A DNA stretch of 64,000 bases from Lingula anatina (lineage: Eukaryota > Animalia > Brachiopoda), in contig CM120641.1 of the NCBI GenBank assembly GCA_051362555.1, positions 48,552,401-48,616,400 on the forward strand, written 5' to 3'. Within the stretch, counting starts at the first letter, position 1. Each line of letters starts with the position of its first letter. A model generated the notes under the pieces. It was not told the DNA's origin, did not search any database, and saw only the letters and a program-made list of their open reading frames with translations. A program made the position numbers and the translations under genes. Shown piece after piece: positions 24,701 through 40,045 of this stretch.

Positions 24701-27700
24701 CAAACATCACTAATATTACAGAAATTTCTCCGTATTACATGTTATCTTAACAGAATCTATTCAGCGCCATTAAGTTGGTGCGAGGTGTTTTTGTTTTTAA
24801 GACAACTTTTCATTCGGTAAATTGCCATTAGACGATAATGCAGCAAAAGGTTAGGGCCTTGGGGCTACGAACGCTTACCTCAGGTGGGATATAAAATCCA
24901 TATACTATTTCCATTCAACCTCGGAGGTCGGTTAAGGTCATATACGTTCACAAATGTTGGAATCAATCAGTACCTTCAAACAGAAACTAGCACAAGCACG
25001 CCCCCCCCCCCCCCCCCACGTGCACGCCCCCCCCTCCGGTGCATTCGCGTCATATTTAGGACTCTAAGGACTGACTATACATACGATCATATCTATCTTT
25101 GTTGAAAATGTGTGTTGAGAACGACTCTGTCTCAGTCCAGGGATACTTCAACAATATGCCACGCGTGGGAACAAAACCAAGCTCACGATAGTAAATCCTA
25201 TACTGTGTCATAGCTCGGTAATATTCATACACCTCTGAATGCGAGCAAACAGGCTACCAGCATGTCGCCTGTCATTCCCCGTCTTTAAGCCTTGGGGCCT
25301 TGGATATATTATAATGGAGTAATACATGAAAGAGAAGCTATGTGACCGTGGCGATATACGCTTTATTGGCTTTTAGGGCTTTTTTTCAGTGAAATGCGAG
25401 TAATTTCGTCTGGATATGTGTGTCAAATAATTCACTGCCACTATCTTGCGATATGTGCCAAATAACACTCGGGTGACGATGTATTATCTCATACATAAAA
25501 CCTCTTGCGTATTTTTTTCTAGACTATAAAGCAATTTCCAACATGCCCCTCCGGGTCCAGACCACCTTGCCGGACGGGTGGATAGAGGATGAATTTGAGA
25601 CCACGCCCACTATGTCCACGTATTTACTGGCGTTCGTTGTGGCGGATTTCACGTACAGAGAGACTCAGTTACCCAGCGGACTCAGGGTGAGATACGTGTT
25701 AATCCCTCTGAATGAATCCCATTTGAATTACTTCAAAAATATGCCGGCATTGGAAACGCAGAACTCAATGAACACCATGATTGTGTCTGCGAATAAAGCG
25801 TCATGTTACAATTTGAGAGAGAATATAAAAACTGTTTTTCTGTTTGGTATTCCGTCATGAACGTGAACATTTCTTCGGTATTATTTCAGATCCGTATTTG
25901 GTCACGACCAGATAAATACGAACAGACCGCCTTTGCCCTAGAGTTTGCCAAGGAAGCATACCAGTTCTTTTCTGATTACTTCGGGATACCGGAAGAAGTC
26001 CCAAAGGCAGGTGAGAGACCCTAGCGACATACTGCGGTCATTTTGTGGTTAGTCGGTGGCTTGGTTTTACTTGAAGAAAATCTGTTTATGAGTGTTCGCT
26101 TTCACGCACTTGCTCATTTTGTACTGAACTTTACTGTAGGATGTCCCAAACACATATATCATAAACTTTCCCAACTGTTTATATTTCTACCTGTGATTTT
26201 GAACCTCCCTCTCCCTTTTCTGACGAAAGAGCGTTAATACCATGAGATAAAAGTGAAAAAACTTGTGAAATTCTGAAAATATGCCCCATTATTCAAATTA
26301 GCCATTGAAATCGAGAGAATCAATCACAATTATCTATAAAGCATGAAGGGAATGGGGGCAATGCCTTTATAATATTAGATCTTATGACAAATGCTACTGC
26401 GCTGGACCATAGATGTCACTACCTGTCCCAGCACATGTACCAGTGCACTTCAGTGTACATGTCTTCCCGGGGCAGGAAAACGGTTATTTGTAGGTACACC
26501 CTGGCACTTAGAACTCATCCAGTTTCAACTGAAAAGCTCGACTCCAAACCTCACTGAGAAGTGCACTTGATCTCTTTTTCTTGAAGCACCACTTCATATG
26601 CTTCTTCTGCCAGGAAGCAAGTTAACAGTTCGTCTGATTGGACACGTGAAACGCTTTGCAATTAAATCCCATGTCTCTGTTTTTTTATTTGAATAGCTTG
26701 GCAATTTGGCAAACTAATTATGTTGAAACGTACATGTGTTGTAAACTTCTGAGCTAAAGATCGACAAAAGTAATGTTTAACGTTTTTAACAATTACAGTC
26801 GTTGGGCGGTAGGTGTGTTCATGCTTACAATTCGAAAAATGCAAATAAACAAAATAAAAATATACGTTGTTTTCGATGACTTTGGGTTACATATTTCTTA
26901 TGAATCTTCTCATAAAAGCCGGTATTGGAATATACAATGCAGTTAAGTTTCATGTTGATCTGTAGGAACATTTCAGAGACCCTTACCCATTGAATGGATT
27001 CTAACAATATCTGCTAAATTGTACAAAATCTTAATTGTTAAAATCCTTCAGCCTATACCGACCACCTGTCTTCACTTTTCACTACTGAGGTGTGACAGTG
27101 CAGATATCTTTATTAGATGGTATCAGGAACAAATCATTCTTTGTTAGTAAAAACACTTCGTCTACACATGGCAGGCCAGCATTTTACATTTTTTCGACTC
27201 ATCTATTGGTCAATTTGTCAGTGGTATAAAACCTGTGCTAACCAGTTGACGGTATATTTGACCTTATTTCCTGTCGGTGTAGAATACACTAGGGTTTTCA
27301 TATTCCTTCAGGTAGCTTATCAGTCACTATATGGTTAATTCAACGAATAATGCATTCCCTGGATAGCAAGACACCTTTTTATATCCGAAAGTTGCGTCTG
27401 GCAGGTTTGATTAGAACCAAGAACTCTGTTTGAAGAGGATTGGTATTAGGCAAAGGACGTAGCTATGTCTTCACACTGTTAACACAAAAATACAAAAGTC
27501 TACAGCATGAAGAGAGCTAGTGTCTGTAACAGTAAGAGGAAGAGCATTTCAAAGTACACACCTAACTACTTGACCAATCTTGACACATATCTGATACACG
27601 GAACGAAATCCCTTTGATCTTTGTGTAGTGGAATATAGTTTCAGTGCTGTTATCACGTACTGGGTTATACAACCTATGATAAATCAGCAGGAACAACTTA

Positions 27701-30700
27701 ACATACCCATCACGTAATGTGTAGGATATCGTAACGAGGGCTCTGTTACAGGAATGTATGTAATTCGGCAATAAATCAGACCTGAGTTAAGCACTACTAA
27801 AAAAGAAGAAGGGGGGGGGGGGGGGGGGGGAACCAACCAGGAACCGGCTTTGCAAAATGATTTTAGATTGAAAATTGGTCTAAACTTTTAGATCGAATTA
27901 TTAATCCACTTTAATCCAAAAGCCGGTAATGCAATATGACGTGCTGTGGCTGTTTTAGGGCAAGAAAACACGGGTTTTATTCAACAGTAGTAGATTTCAA
28001 TTTTGGACTTAATTGCTTAAAAACACCGGCCCCAGACTGACCCATTTCTCTTAACCAAGAAAAGCGTTTGGTAATACAAAACACGGATGAATAAATATGT
28101 CAACCATGCAGGATCTCCAGGATGTTCAAGGTTGCACTTCTTCAGTTACAGGCCCCCATCCACATTTGAAACTGTCCCAGAGTCTTGTCTTCTATCTACA
28201 TATCCCCCAAAGCCACTTATCTTTTCCAATTTAGACCTTTTACGATAAAACCCCCTTTAATAAAAGTGCATGATTATCGATATTTCCTTCCGAAATGTTC
28301 TGGAAGACATGGCAGACTAAACGGTAATGGAAACATTTAGAACTTAATTATGTGATTAAAAAGTATAAAACATCGAATCCAAGTGCAGGGACGCGTTGAG
28401 CAATTTGTTCTTGACTAGGAGAAAATTGCAATCACTTCATGGAAAAAGAGATTTTGTGGGAATACATTTGATAGAATACCTTAAACCATACAACTTTTTT
28501 ACGTATGTTAGATAAGTAGCCAGATTCTTTAAATGGCATGCGTATACAGTATATTATTATTTACTATATCAACTTCGAACAAAGACCGGATGACTTAGTA
28601 TGTAATGAATATAATGTCCCTTTCAAACGTGTGAGCTATGATAATTTGTTTGTTTAAATTTAAGTGTATTACATGTATTTTCCTTTTCGTATACTTTGTT
28701 TTTTCCATGATTTTAGACCACGTGGCAGTTCCTGACTTCAGTGCAGGAGCCATGGAGAACTGGGGATGTGTCCTTTACCGCGAGACGGCGCTCCTCTTCG
28801 ACCCGACCGACTCTTCTGTGGCCTCCAAGTACTGGATTGCTCTCGTCATGGCACATGAAGTCGCTCATACCGTAGGTATATATTGGCCCGGCTTCTCAAG
28901 CAGGGAGAGGTGTCCAAGATAAAAAAAAAAACATGAAATAAATTTTTCACGGTTTTGTTGACATTATCATGCTTATATCACGAATTATGATGAAAAATTT
29001 CATCTAATTTTATGCGTATACCAACTTGTACTCATGGTTTTATTATATTGAATTAAGGCTGCATACGTCAGGGTTCTAGTTTTCTTTATCTATCAATAGA
29101 ATTTTCCGAACATCTGGATGATGGTTGGAGGCATGGCATTCAGAAGAGGCGATGACCCAAAATGAAATAACAAGCAAAATCGCACGAACTGAACGCGCTA
29201 AGAAATAACAAATTACTGCCTTCTTTCAGTGAATAAGAAAATAACATAATGCATCCGCAGGGAGCAAATTAACTTCCCGTCGGAATACAGCAGTCAAATC
29301 TAGCGCAGGATCGCTTAAAAGAACATCCTTTTCAGACACATTTCAAAGCGCACACTGCAATTGTTCGCTTTTCAATGGCCAGGTTATTCGAACTTAATAA
29401 GAAGCCTCTAGATATTTATTTCCCAACGTTTTTATAGCTAATTCCCAAAATATCCTTTGTTTTGATATACATAAAACATGATTGGATGTGAATAGCGTTT
29501 TTTCACCATTCAGTTTGAAAGAATAGGCCCAAGGGAGAGTCTCAAAAGTTCTCAACTAAATTCCATAAAATCTGTCTTTCCAACAAACCATTTATTCTCA
29601 AAATGACAAAGCATGGGTCTTGGATTCGTTTCCCGTTATTTATAATTTTAACCCCCAGGTGTGTTAAATCTGAAGCCGTGAAAGCGTTTAAGTGATAAAA
29701 TTGGCTTTAGCAAAGAAGACCTACAAATTTCCCCCTCATCTTTCCCACATTATCAACACAATATAAACCATATCGCATTCTTTGGCTTAGCCGCGAGGTC
29801 AAACAGAGAAACAGGAGTTCTTATATATCATCTATTCTATGGGGCTTGCCTTCAGAACAAGTATCGGGAGAGATTTCATAAGATTTATAGCATAGGGAAT
29901 GTATTTTGTTTTTGCACTTGGCTTTTTTGGCGGGACTGCCGGCACATATCTTGCTTTTCAAGCGTATCATTGACTGGTGTATGTTTGGAAAGCTATCGAG
30001 TAAGGTACTAATGAGCCATTTTATTGGGCATTATATATTGTGTAAGATTTTACCAGTAGATACTTTCTGAACTAAAAGTATTCCCACAAAATTAATAATA
30101 TAAGATATACCGTCTGGGTAGTGACAATGGTAGAAGGCTTGCCTCCTAATGTGACGTGGTTGATTTAAGCCTTGGCCCGATGATACCAAATACCGTGTTA
30201 AAATATCTCATTTTGTCCTCTAGCCTGCCATCCTGCAAATAGAGGTTGAGGAAATAAAGAGGAAGCTTGAATAGTAAAGCTGCCGAGTGAAGATGAGATT
30301 TCCCAACGTCATATATGCAGCGGCTGGGTTGGCTATTAAATAAAAAACTTGAATTGGGAGCTTCTTACCTGGATTTTGTCACGGCGCTGAATCGGCCTTT
30401 AACCCGCATTATTATTATTTAGAAAGCATTGTAAAAGTACTGGCTAGCCGTTTGAAGGAAATCGCAAAATAATTCGCGGATGATTTAGATACCTGTGAAG
30501 AACAAGACTGTACATGTATGCACGTTTTTTGATAGGACTCTTTATTTCAAAGTTAAAAACCACCACTAGGTAGATAACCATGAAGGTTAAACCTAATGTC
30601 AGTTTTTTTATTATTTTTTTTGTCGATAAAATGTACACCTCACCTTTTAGATAAAATAAATACCGTTTTGCAGCATTATGACGTAAGTAGTGTAGGCTGC

Positions 30701-33700
30701 TCAGCTGATCTTTTGAATGAAAAAACTTTGACACTATATATGGCATGCTACCCTTAACTAAACCCACTGCTACTATGCAAGGATAGGATTGTGCAACATA
30801 AAATTTAGGACTAAATTTATAGAAATTGTAAAATATTTTTGTTCATATTGTGTACATGGTACGGATGGTTTAATGCCAACTAGCAGACCCCCCTTGAAAT
30901 AACGGATAGGACCACTTCTGAAACTAATTCAGTGCCAACCAGCAGATCTTCCTTGAAATAACGGATAGAGACACTTCTGAACTTGTGTATAGGCCAACCA
31001 GCAGACCCTTCTAAATACTGGATATGGTTGTCTCTGGATCTGTCGGAGTTCCTTGGGCAGCAAAGTACCCAGAATGCCTCAGATGCGGGCCCTGGAATCA
31101 GCATTCACAATAACAAGCAATAACACCTTCTGGTCAGTGATGAGCCAGCAAGACCAAAATATTTCTTTCCATTTAACACATACCGTTATTGTGATCTATT
31201 AAATAACAGAAGCTGATAATGTGCGAATGATTTGGTTTCTTTATGTGTGAATTAAGATCGTTGGCCAGACATTGCGTGGGTGTCCGTATAACGCTCAAAA
31301 ACTATTTTGTGATAATATTCTTAAAGTTTGGCAAAAGATGCCAAATATTAGAATTACAATGATAACATACAAGTAAAGACGGCGTGTTGAATAAGACCAT
31401 TTTTAAACCGTATTACCATCAATGCGTAATGTACTCTTGGCAACAAACTAATGAAGATCAATGACTCTGTTAAAAAGACGCTTTTGTTGCCTACTGAGCG
31501 TGCTGATATTTTCTGGCTTTGACATACCGGATGACGCCGAGTCACACTCTCTCTCATGTTGTAAACTTCGAGACACACCACAAATGAAAGGTTAATCAGA
31601 GAATACATTTAAGGACCCCAGGGAAGTTTGGCTGACGTTTCATCGTGCCTCGAGTGAAAACGATTGTTTCCCCTGCGAAAATTTGTCTCATTTAAGAACT
31701 AGAACATTTTGTGTATTTTTTTCGGTTCTAATGTTGTTCTGTAATAAATTTAACAGTTTGAGTACTGTTTTTGGGAAGTCCTTCAGAATGTCCTAGAACA
31801 GATTAGGAACATTTTTCATTAAAAGAGAAAAATATTATGTTCTAGGACATATTGAGAACAGTAAGTGAACGTTCAATGAGACAATTTTTTTTTTTAATAT
31901 ATAATTTAAATTTAAATTTAAATTTCGTCCCTTCCACTTCTGTTTTCTGTTTCTAGTGGTTTGGCAATATGGCGACCATGAAGTGGTGGGATGACCTTTG
32001 GCTTAACGAGGGGTTCGCCAGCACGCTCATGTACTTCGTGTTAGACCACGTGTTTCCGGATTGGAAAGTTGTAAGCACAGGATTAGTTGTTGGACAACAA
32101 AATCTAAAACGAATTATTAGATGCTTATCATCTTTGGTTTGATTTCATTGCATAATTTGTGTTTAGCATATTATCTTTGCAAATCTACACTTAAATTACA
32201 GTCGGTTGTTCGTTTTAATCTAAAGCAAACTTTTGAAGCTTGTATAGTTACATGGTACTTGAATGACGCGTCCCTTGAAAGATGTTTTAAAATACTTATC
32301 AGTATGTTGAAATTAGATATTAATGTATTGTTTTCAATTCATATTGGGGAGTATGACGACTTTCTGTCATAATTCATAGATAATTGCTCATATTTTTCAG
32401 TTTGATTTACAAGTAGTCGATGACATTTTCCCCGTCATGATCCGGGACTCAGTCCCTACGTCACATCCGGTTTCTTCCAGGATTGAGGATCCGGATGACA
32501 TACCCCAATTCTTTGACCACATCTCCTACGATAAAGTTAGTTCTGTGTTTTTCGTCGATAATTTCTATTATAATGCGTTTTATTTTGCTTTATGCTTAAA
32601 TATGTTCTTAAAAGAAAATATTGACGTGCGAACTTCGAAAACGATTCCGATTTTTCGCTTAAGCATAATAACAATACCTAAATATCAATACAACAGCGAA
32701 ATGAATAGAACAAACTAATCATATTTTTGATTGGCCAAATTTCAAAGATTGCGCCAACATTACATTGACGGTAAAATAACGTAAAATATATCTGTGAAAA
32801 CATATCAAAGTCCATGTTTCTATCCGTGTCTAGGGTATGGCCGTACTGCGTTTACTGCGAGGTCTTTTAGGATGGAAGGATTTCCAAAATGGATTGCAGG
32901 TAAGAACTCATCTTTATCTTTGTACTTTGTCGCGAGTTCATTCAGGAATAGAGAACAATACCCATAGCAATTCTCTACCAAAATTAATTGATCTGTCTGT
33001 GAATAGAAGATTGAGTACTTCGCCATGTAATGTAATGTCACTCACCTGTAATATTAAAGACTTGTTCCAATATCTGCAAAAGCTTATGAAATAAGCAATG
33101 AAAAGGTGACATAGTATGTGATAATTAGATACGATCAAACTTGTGGACAGCTTATACTTCTTATTGAGCAAAAATGTTTATCAGCTTCATAGTTGGATCA
33201 CATTATATGCTTACAACGGTGAGAAAATTTTGTTTTCAATAACCTTATTGTTATTATATGTCTGTATATGTCTAATTGTTTTGTTCAACCGATATTTCAT
33301 TATTGTTGTTGTAGTTAGTTTCCAATAAACATCCAAACGATAGGTATGACCCATAACTATGAATACTCTGCATTACGTGTCAAGAAACACGAAAAGTCAT
33401 TGAACCATAGTACAAGTTCAACTAATTACGTCTATATGATTGGGTCCCTTGGCTTTTGTAGAACAAGATCCGGACGTGATCAGTTTTTGCTGTAAAGGTT
33501 AAGATATTTAAACATGCCCGGGTCCCAGCACAGAGTCACGCTCCCTCGCAACGTATATGACAATAAGCAACGACTTGCACGTGCACGTCCACGCGCCCAC
33601 GTGCACGCAGTCATAGACTACTTGACACCCAAATTTATTTGGGATCGAGCGCGTTTATATCTTTTTTTCTAAAGAACAGTGGACATTGTAGACACCCGCT

Positions 33701-34408
33701 CTTTACCACGATAATAGTTATTGTGCACGTTTTCAAGACACGACTACATGTAAATATGCCGAAATAACGGCTTTTTTTACCACACGTCCGGAAGCATCAG
33801 TCAGGGAAGTATGTCCAATGGGCCTTACACACATTTACATCTATCTTGCTCACACTCATGTACTTCTACATAAATTAGGAAATCGGTTATCTAAAACAAA
33901 TCATCAAGAAGGAAATTTCATAAATTTTAAGTACTGGTTGATTAGATGATTTCCTCTACTTTTTACGTTACCGTCACAACTTCCTCTGCCTATTGCAGCC
34001 GTTAGGTCGTTTTCTTTGCCAAAAGTATGAGACTGATGTATATTTTCCTGCTATTGGCAAAGCTAAGAGAATTATGTCAGAAAATGTAAGCTAATGACGA
34101 CGTTATGTCGTATTAGTTCCAATAACCGTCTTGGAATTTTTTCCTTCAAAGATGCGTCATAAAATAACACGATTGTGTCAAAATGGAAGTAAATCATGAC
34201 CTCATTTATTAACATACATGTCCGTTCAATCTTCCATCTCATAGATGTGTTAGGGAATGTGACTTCATTGTATCAATAATTTGTTCCACTATATATCGTC
34301 TGCCCTTTGGTTTCAGAGATATGTCAGGAAGTACAAGTTTAGAAATGCTGAAATGTCGGAACTGTGGAGCGTGTTCACTGAGGTAATGGAGCCAACGGCC
34401 GGGATACC

Positions 34409-34476
<68 letters not shown>

Positions 34477-37400
34477 CACAGAATTGTGACACCAATCACT
34501 TGGGTTTGATGCAGTAAATGAATTGTGTTTAGTCCGAAAGATTTTTAATCGCCAACAAAACTCGCTCGGGTGTAGCGTTTTAAATGACTCTATAAAGAGA
34601 GGTGGGCGTTTGATATTAAGGAAAAGAATGAAAAATGCATTAAACAAAGTCTTTTGAACCAATATTTTGCCTAACTCTTTAATGTTGAGTTTGTTTCTGT
34701 TGATGAAGTGAACGTGTTAGTATCAAATTCCTCAAAATTTACAGTGTCTTTGAAATTTAGAACTCGCTGCTTTGAAAGCCTGGGTGAAGTAAGGTGTCCT
34801 TCATAACAAGTGCACTTCACATGGGTAGCGTACTCAATTGGACGAGGGCAACAGGATACAGAGATATGCTTGGCAACAAAATAACAAGAAATTCTTTCCG
34901 ATTAACTGGGGATTCTAATCAATACTTCTTTAACGCCGAGCTATTTCAAGTGACTTGGCCTGCACTTGCGAGTGCCCCTGGTTAAATGATTCCAACGAAT
35001 TAAGGTGCAAAAGATTTGCCAGAAGCTGCTGCAACTATTGCCAAACGCTACCCATGCTACATGAATTGTACTTGACGAAGTGCAAACTAGGAGTTAGTGA
35101 AGATTTTCGTATTAGTTCGTTGTTTTTGAAGAAAATTGTTCAAGTATTTACATCTGGTTTCTACGTCGTTAATCAGGTGCGAGCAGGAGGATTTACTTTG
35201 TAGCACCACAAAAAAATAAGAATTATTCTCTAAAAATAGTTTTACACAAAAAACTCCTTGTAACCATGTTTGCAGGTCTGTATTAGCGCTATTGGGATGT
35301 TTTATTTTACTCTTTTTACTGTTTTTCTTTAAAATTTCATCTTTCTCGTTGCCTAAGGTGGTCAGTAATAAATACGACGTCGGTGAGGCGATGGACACCT
35401 GGACGCGGCAGATGAACTTTCCTGTGGTCACTCTGTCAAAAGTGACCGGCAACACCTACCGTCTCACTCAGGAGAGATTTTTGTTGATGCCCGAAGAAAG
35501 TAACACAACCAGCACCAACCCATACAAGTAAGATATTACCAAATATTCCCTGGCAATCAACTGAAATTTGGAAGTCTTAAAGTGTCCATAGAGCGTTTGT
35601 TGAAGGGACTGTTTTGCGTCTTTTTGGTGACATTTTGAAGACGTGTTTTGTATGTAAAAATTTATGATTGTTGAAGTGTTGAAACAATGCAAAGATTGCT
35701 TCAGAACTCTCTAAGCATTATCTTAGTCGAAATGATTTTTTTCACCGATAGTGAGGCGTGTTTTGTATATTTCTCTCTCTTTCAGATATATGTGGAACAT
35801 ACCATTTACATATACAACACAGAACTATATCCAGGACTCGCACTTGTTGTGGCTCAAGGAAAAGTCAGGTATGGGACTCTATCGAAAGTGTAACCCTACC
35901 CAACCGTAATAGTTAATCCCATTTCACCCCTTGTCTATGTGTAAACTCAATCCGTTCTTCGTTACAGTGGATTTTGAAGTCCCGGATCATCACTCCGGAT
36001 TGATGGTCGGCAACGTGAACTACACGGGATTCTACATGGTGAACTACGATGACGGCATGTGGGAGCGGCTGTTGGAACAGCTAAGGCGGGACCACACGGT
36101 AAACTTAATGAGGGGGGGGGGGGGGGGGCGAATACACTCATGATTTTTTTTAGAATTTCTTTTAGTATAAAGTTTGTAGAATGCTAAGCAAAGAATTACC
36201 ATTACCATTAAGCTTAGAATGGGTGCAATACTGTTGTTTGATATGCAAAGGGTATAAGTAGTAGAGACGTATGTTTTTATTGTAGATATTTAAGTTTGTC
36301 TAATCAGTATTTGTCCAAAATAGAGCCCCCATCTTCTATTTATAAAATTTTCTCGTTTATTCATTATTTTTGTCGGGCATATGATGTTGCCAAATGTAAT
36401 TATCAAAGATAACAAGTGAGTCGGTTTTTCCAAAATTGAAAGAATATGTTTTCAAACTTTTGCAGGCTTTTTCGGCATCTAACCGGGCAGGTTTTATCCA
36501 CGACGCTCTCGTACTAGGAAGGTAGGAGACAATAAATTTGTCTTACTTATTTGGAATTTTTTTTATTTCCTCGAGCTCTCGACTTGTCTAGAATGGCCAG
36601 TGACTACAACTCCTCGTGGGATTCTTAGGAACAAAAAGGGACAAAGGTCCGATCTTCCAATAAACATTACCAAGAATTTCACCAAACATAATTTTTTAGA
36701 TTTCTTTCTTTCTTTTTTCTCTTTCTTTTTAATTCTCCTCATCTTAAACCCCTTGATTCGCAAGTCAAAGAAATCCAATATTTCATTTATTTCTTTTTGC
36801 TTGCTTATTGAGTAATCACTCGTTTGTGAAAACAATAACAAACAAAATTAGATAAAAACTATCGATATAAGAGGCTTGTGTAAGGGTGAGCCTCAGTGAA
36901 CACAAGTTACGCCTCTCTAATTCCTTCGTCTAAATGTTGGGGACATTGACTTCTTCCAGGGCAGGCTTGCTGAACTATGGAGTGGCGTTAAACATCTCGT
37001 CCTACCTGAAGAGGGAGACGGAGTACGTGCCCTGGAACGCTTTCCTGCTCACTATGGAGTATCTCAAAGTCATGCTCTCGAACTCAGACGCCTACGGGAT
37101 GCTTAAGGTAGGCCACGTCCCCGGGAGTTGGTGCGTTCTTGAAGACAAGAGGGGTCAATGAGTACACTATACTAAGGCCCAGGGGGTCTCTCTTTGATAA
37201 TTTGTACGGGTATTAAACAAAAGGGAAAATATCCTCAAAGAAATAAGGACTACGGTGAAGTTAAGATTTTAAACTAACCATGTACCCTCAATATATAAAG
37301 TTCAATAAATAAATAAAATAAAAAGAAATTACTGGGATCTTGTAACATCTGAATCGATCCGGTGCCACTCTTAGGTAGGACAGAGTTAATTTATAATTCC

Positions 37401-39025
37401 AATCGGGGTGCCTCTCACCTCTCGCTGTCAGCTTTAGTACTTGCGTGTTCAAAATTATTTTACTAAATCTAGCGAAATATTTTAATGAATGGGTGTTAGT
37501 TGATCAGATTTTGACCAAGTTAATGAAAAAAATCGGAAACATGAAATCGTTTTTCAATCATTATAAACTATGTAATTTAGAGGGGAAATCTTCAGTGTAT
37601 ATAAATAAAAAGTAACGAATAGTGAGTGCATTATTCATCAATATTTGGTTTAATTATTTACCTTAGCTCATATGGTTATTTCATAATTATTCAGAATAAT
37701 GATGTTTCTTAATTTTGTTGGTCGAGTGAACTTTATACTGACAGCCTGTTATATCTGTCGTCTCCAGACTTATCTCCGGGATCTGGTGTCAGATATATAC
37801 AAGACGCTGAACATTGGTGCTACCACGGGAGGACCCCTGCCACAAAGGTAGCTAAAGATTTAAATTACTTTTTTTAAACACCTTTATATCTTTAACATAA
37901 TTGAAATTTTTCGTTAGTGCTTAAGTCGTATAAATATCTTAGAGGTATATCTTATTGTGCTGTTCCCATTATACATGTACATTTGCGTTTTCAAAGTATC
38001 AGAATCTGAAATTTCAACAGAGGTGCATTGCTGCGGATTGTGGTAGAGGCGAAAACATTAGACGTGCTCGGTGGATTGAACTTCAATAATAGTTTTAAAA
38101 ATGTATATGCAAATAAATAAATAAAATAAATAAGTAATGAAATACAGTTGTTCTTCTCTAAGTATGTTTTAATATGATTTTAATACTCAGGTATCTTCGC
38201 CGAGCAATTCTTCACGCCGCCGTACGCCTACAGCTGCCAGAAGCGTTAGAATACACAAGAACGCTGTACGACCAGTTCAGGAAGTACCGCATCAGGTAAG
38301 AACGGGAGGCCATACCAACATTTTAGATGATCACCTCCAATGATTTTTACTTTTTAAAATAACCAAAATGAATGTTAGAACGGTCTTTGTCTCTGTTTAT
38401 GAATTTTCAGTTTCAATAAAAATGGAGTTGTTCATTTTTGCTTAATGTATGCTTTTAATCATATAATTCTATTTGATTTCTTAATTCACAGTATGCCCGC
38501 TGACTACGCCCTCATCATCTTCTCTGCCGCCATTTACGAGGGGGGCGAGAATGACTGGGATTTTCTTTGGAACGTGTCGCAGACGACAAACGTCCCCTCG
38601 CAATCCTCGGAGTTAATGCAGGCGCTGGCATATTCCCAGAAACCGTGGTTACTATGGCGGTATGGAGTAACAATTATTTAGACAAGATTTTCAGCTGTAT
38701 TCTTACTTTATCGCTTAATCATTTACATTTTATGCTTAATTCGATATGATAAAAGTAGACAATAAAAGGAAAAACCTGAAAATCTTTAAAGATCGATGGT
38801 CAAGTATGTTAAACCCATGTGAATATTAGCATTACAGTATCATCGGCAATTAGGAATTAGCGTCAAAATAGACCGGATGCATCTCTATTCCAGCGGCATA
38901 TTTTTGTGATGTTTTTACTCTTAGAATCTGTATTTGATTATTTTTTAAGTTTTGCTGTAGAAATTTAAGTTTTAGTCTTTAAGTTGACCAGAGAACTAAC
39001 ATGATCACGGTCTTAAGGGGCTCTG

Positions 39026-39077
<52 letters not shown>

Positions 39078-40045
39078 TAATTTGTCTCCCATTAGGTATT
39101 TACGCTGGACAATGGACGAAGCGAAGATCCGTCCTCAGAACGTGAAGGAAGTTTTCAGTTACTTCAAACACACGTCGCTCGGAAGGACTATTTCTTTGAA
39201 ATTTTTTATGCAGCATTGGCAACAACTAAATGAAAGGTACACAAGATTCACGTGGTGCAGATGCACGTGTTGTAGATTATTAGCCACTCAAGTTTTAGCA
39301 CATCCACAAAGTTTTAGCACATTTCAAAGCAGTAGGTCCTAACCTCTTTACACTCTTTAAATTTTGCGTATGAAATGAATGAACCTAATGAATACATAGA
39401 AGTAAGATTCCCTATTTCAATTTTGCATTTATGTGCATTCAGATGTACGGAAAAATCGCTCAATAAATTCGTTTCTTTCTTTAGATTCCAGTTGGACACG
39501 TTTTCTCTGCGAGATATCACATATGAAACCACACATACAGTCAGCAATGAGTTTGATCTACAGATGGTGGGTACACAGTTTTACACGTGTCTCAGTCTGC
39601 TGAAATAAAAGCCAATTTATTACGAAGTCCTAATTATTTATTTTAATTTTTCTAACATTCTGTTGTAAATCAACAGGCCTATAGAGGTCGCTCACAATAT
39701 CTCAAAATGATTTTTGAGGCTCGGTTTTCACGTAGGTGCGGGAGAACCAAAGAGGCCAGTTTCACCGGTCATGTTTACCTGTTGTACGAGGGACATGTAC
39801 ACGCACGTACGCACACTGCTAATTTAATATGACTTGCATTCAATACAATACTAACTTTTTATTTTCTTTTTCTTTCGTTTCAGTTAAAAGATTTATATAA
39901 GAGGTACCCTCCAGCCGGCGTGGCACAGAAGGCTGTGGAGAGCAGTATAGCTATTATTGAATCCAATATACGATGGATGAAAACAAATGAAAATGCCATT
40001 CTCACTTGGCTGACAAAGTATATAAGTTTGAGGGGCAAAACATAG
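18781..40045 (+). CDS. Membrane-bound M1 zinc aminopeptidase (aminopeptidase N-like); 20 coding exons, 1000 aa
   Basis: Exons 18781-19526, 22985-23094, 25523-25686, 25890-26010, 28717-28871, 31957-32070, 32401-32535, 32834-32899, 34317-34382, 35358-35527, 35786-35868, 35968-36098, 36466-36521, 36960-37107, 37768-37847, 38191-38295, 38492-38659, 39096-39236, 39485-39566, 39884-40045 join in frame (3003 nt), all GT-AG. Type II TM anchor, RLP..P.HY, DARxxFPCFDEP, [18 protein letters not shown]-x18-E (WLNEG), catalytic Tyr in ISYDKG. Confidence 0.95.
22206..22457. mobile_element. Diverged palindromic MITE (GGGTCCATTCCCA end) in aminopeptidase intron 1
   Basis: Terminal inverted repeat cattcccaatgaaa ... 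tttcattgggaatg. Confidence 0.65.
30108..30345 (+). mobile_element. Degenerate tRNA-derived SINE candidate
   Basis: A-box-like tagtgacaatggtaga and B-box-like ggttgatttaagcc at tRNA spacing, followed by gataccaaa...gcctgcc core and an A-rich end; single copy in window. Confidence 0.35.
30874..31018. repeat. Degenerate tandem repeat, ~60-bp unit x ~2.5
   Basis: gccaacyagcaga...ccttgaaataacggatag...cacttctgaa recurs. Confidence 0.8.
31680..31886. repeat. Degenerate foldback element
   Basis: ttgtctcatt...ctagaacat mirrored by atgttctag...aatgagacaa. Confidence 0.45.
34411..34474. repeat. Compound (CT)n(AT)n microsatellite
   Basis: Direct reading. Confidence 0.95.
39028..39076. repeat. (TTA)n microsatellite
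   Basis: Direct reading; ends ~20 nt before an aminopeptidase acceptor. Confidence 0.95.
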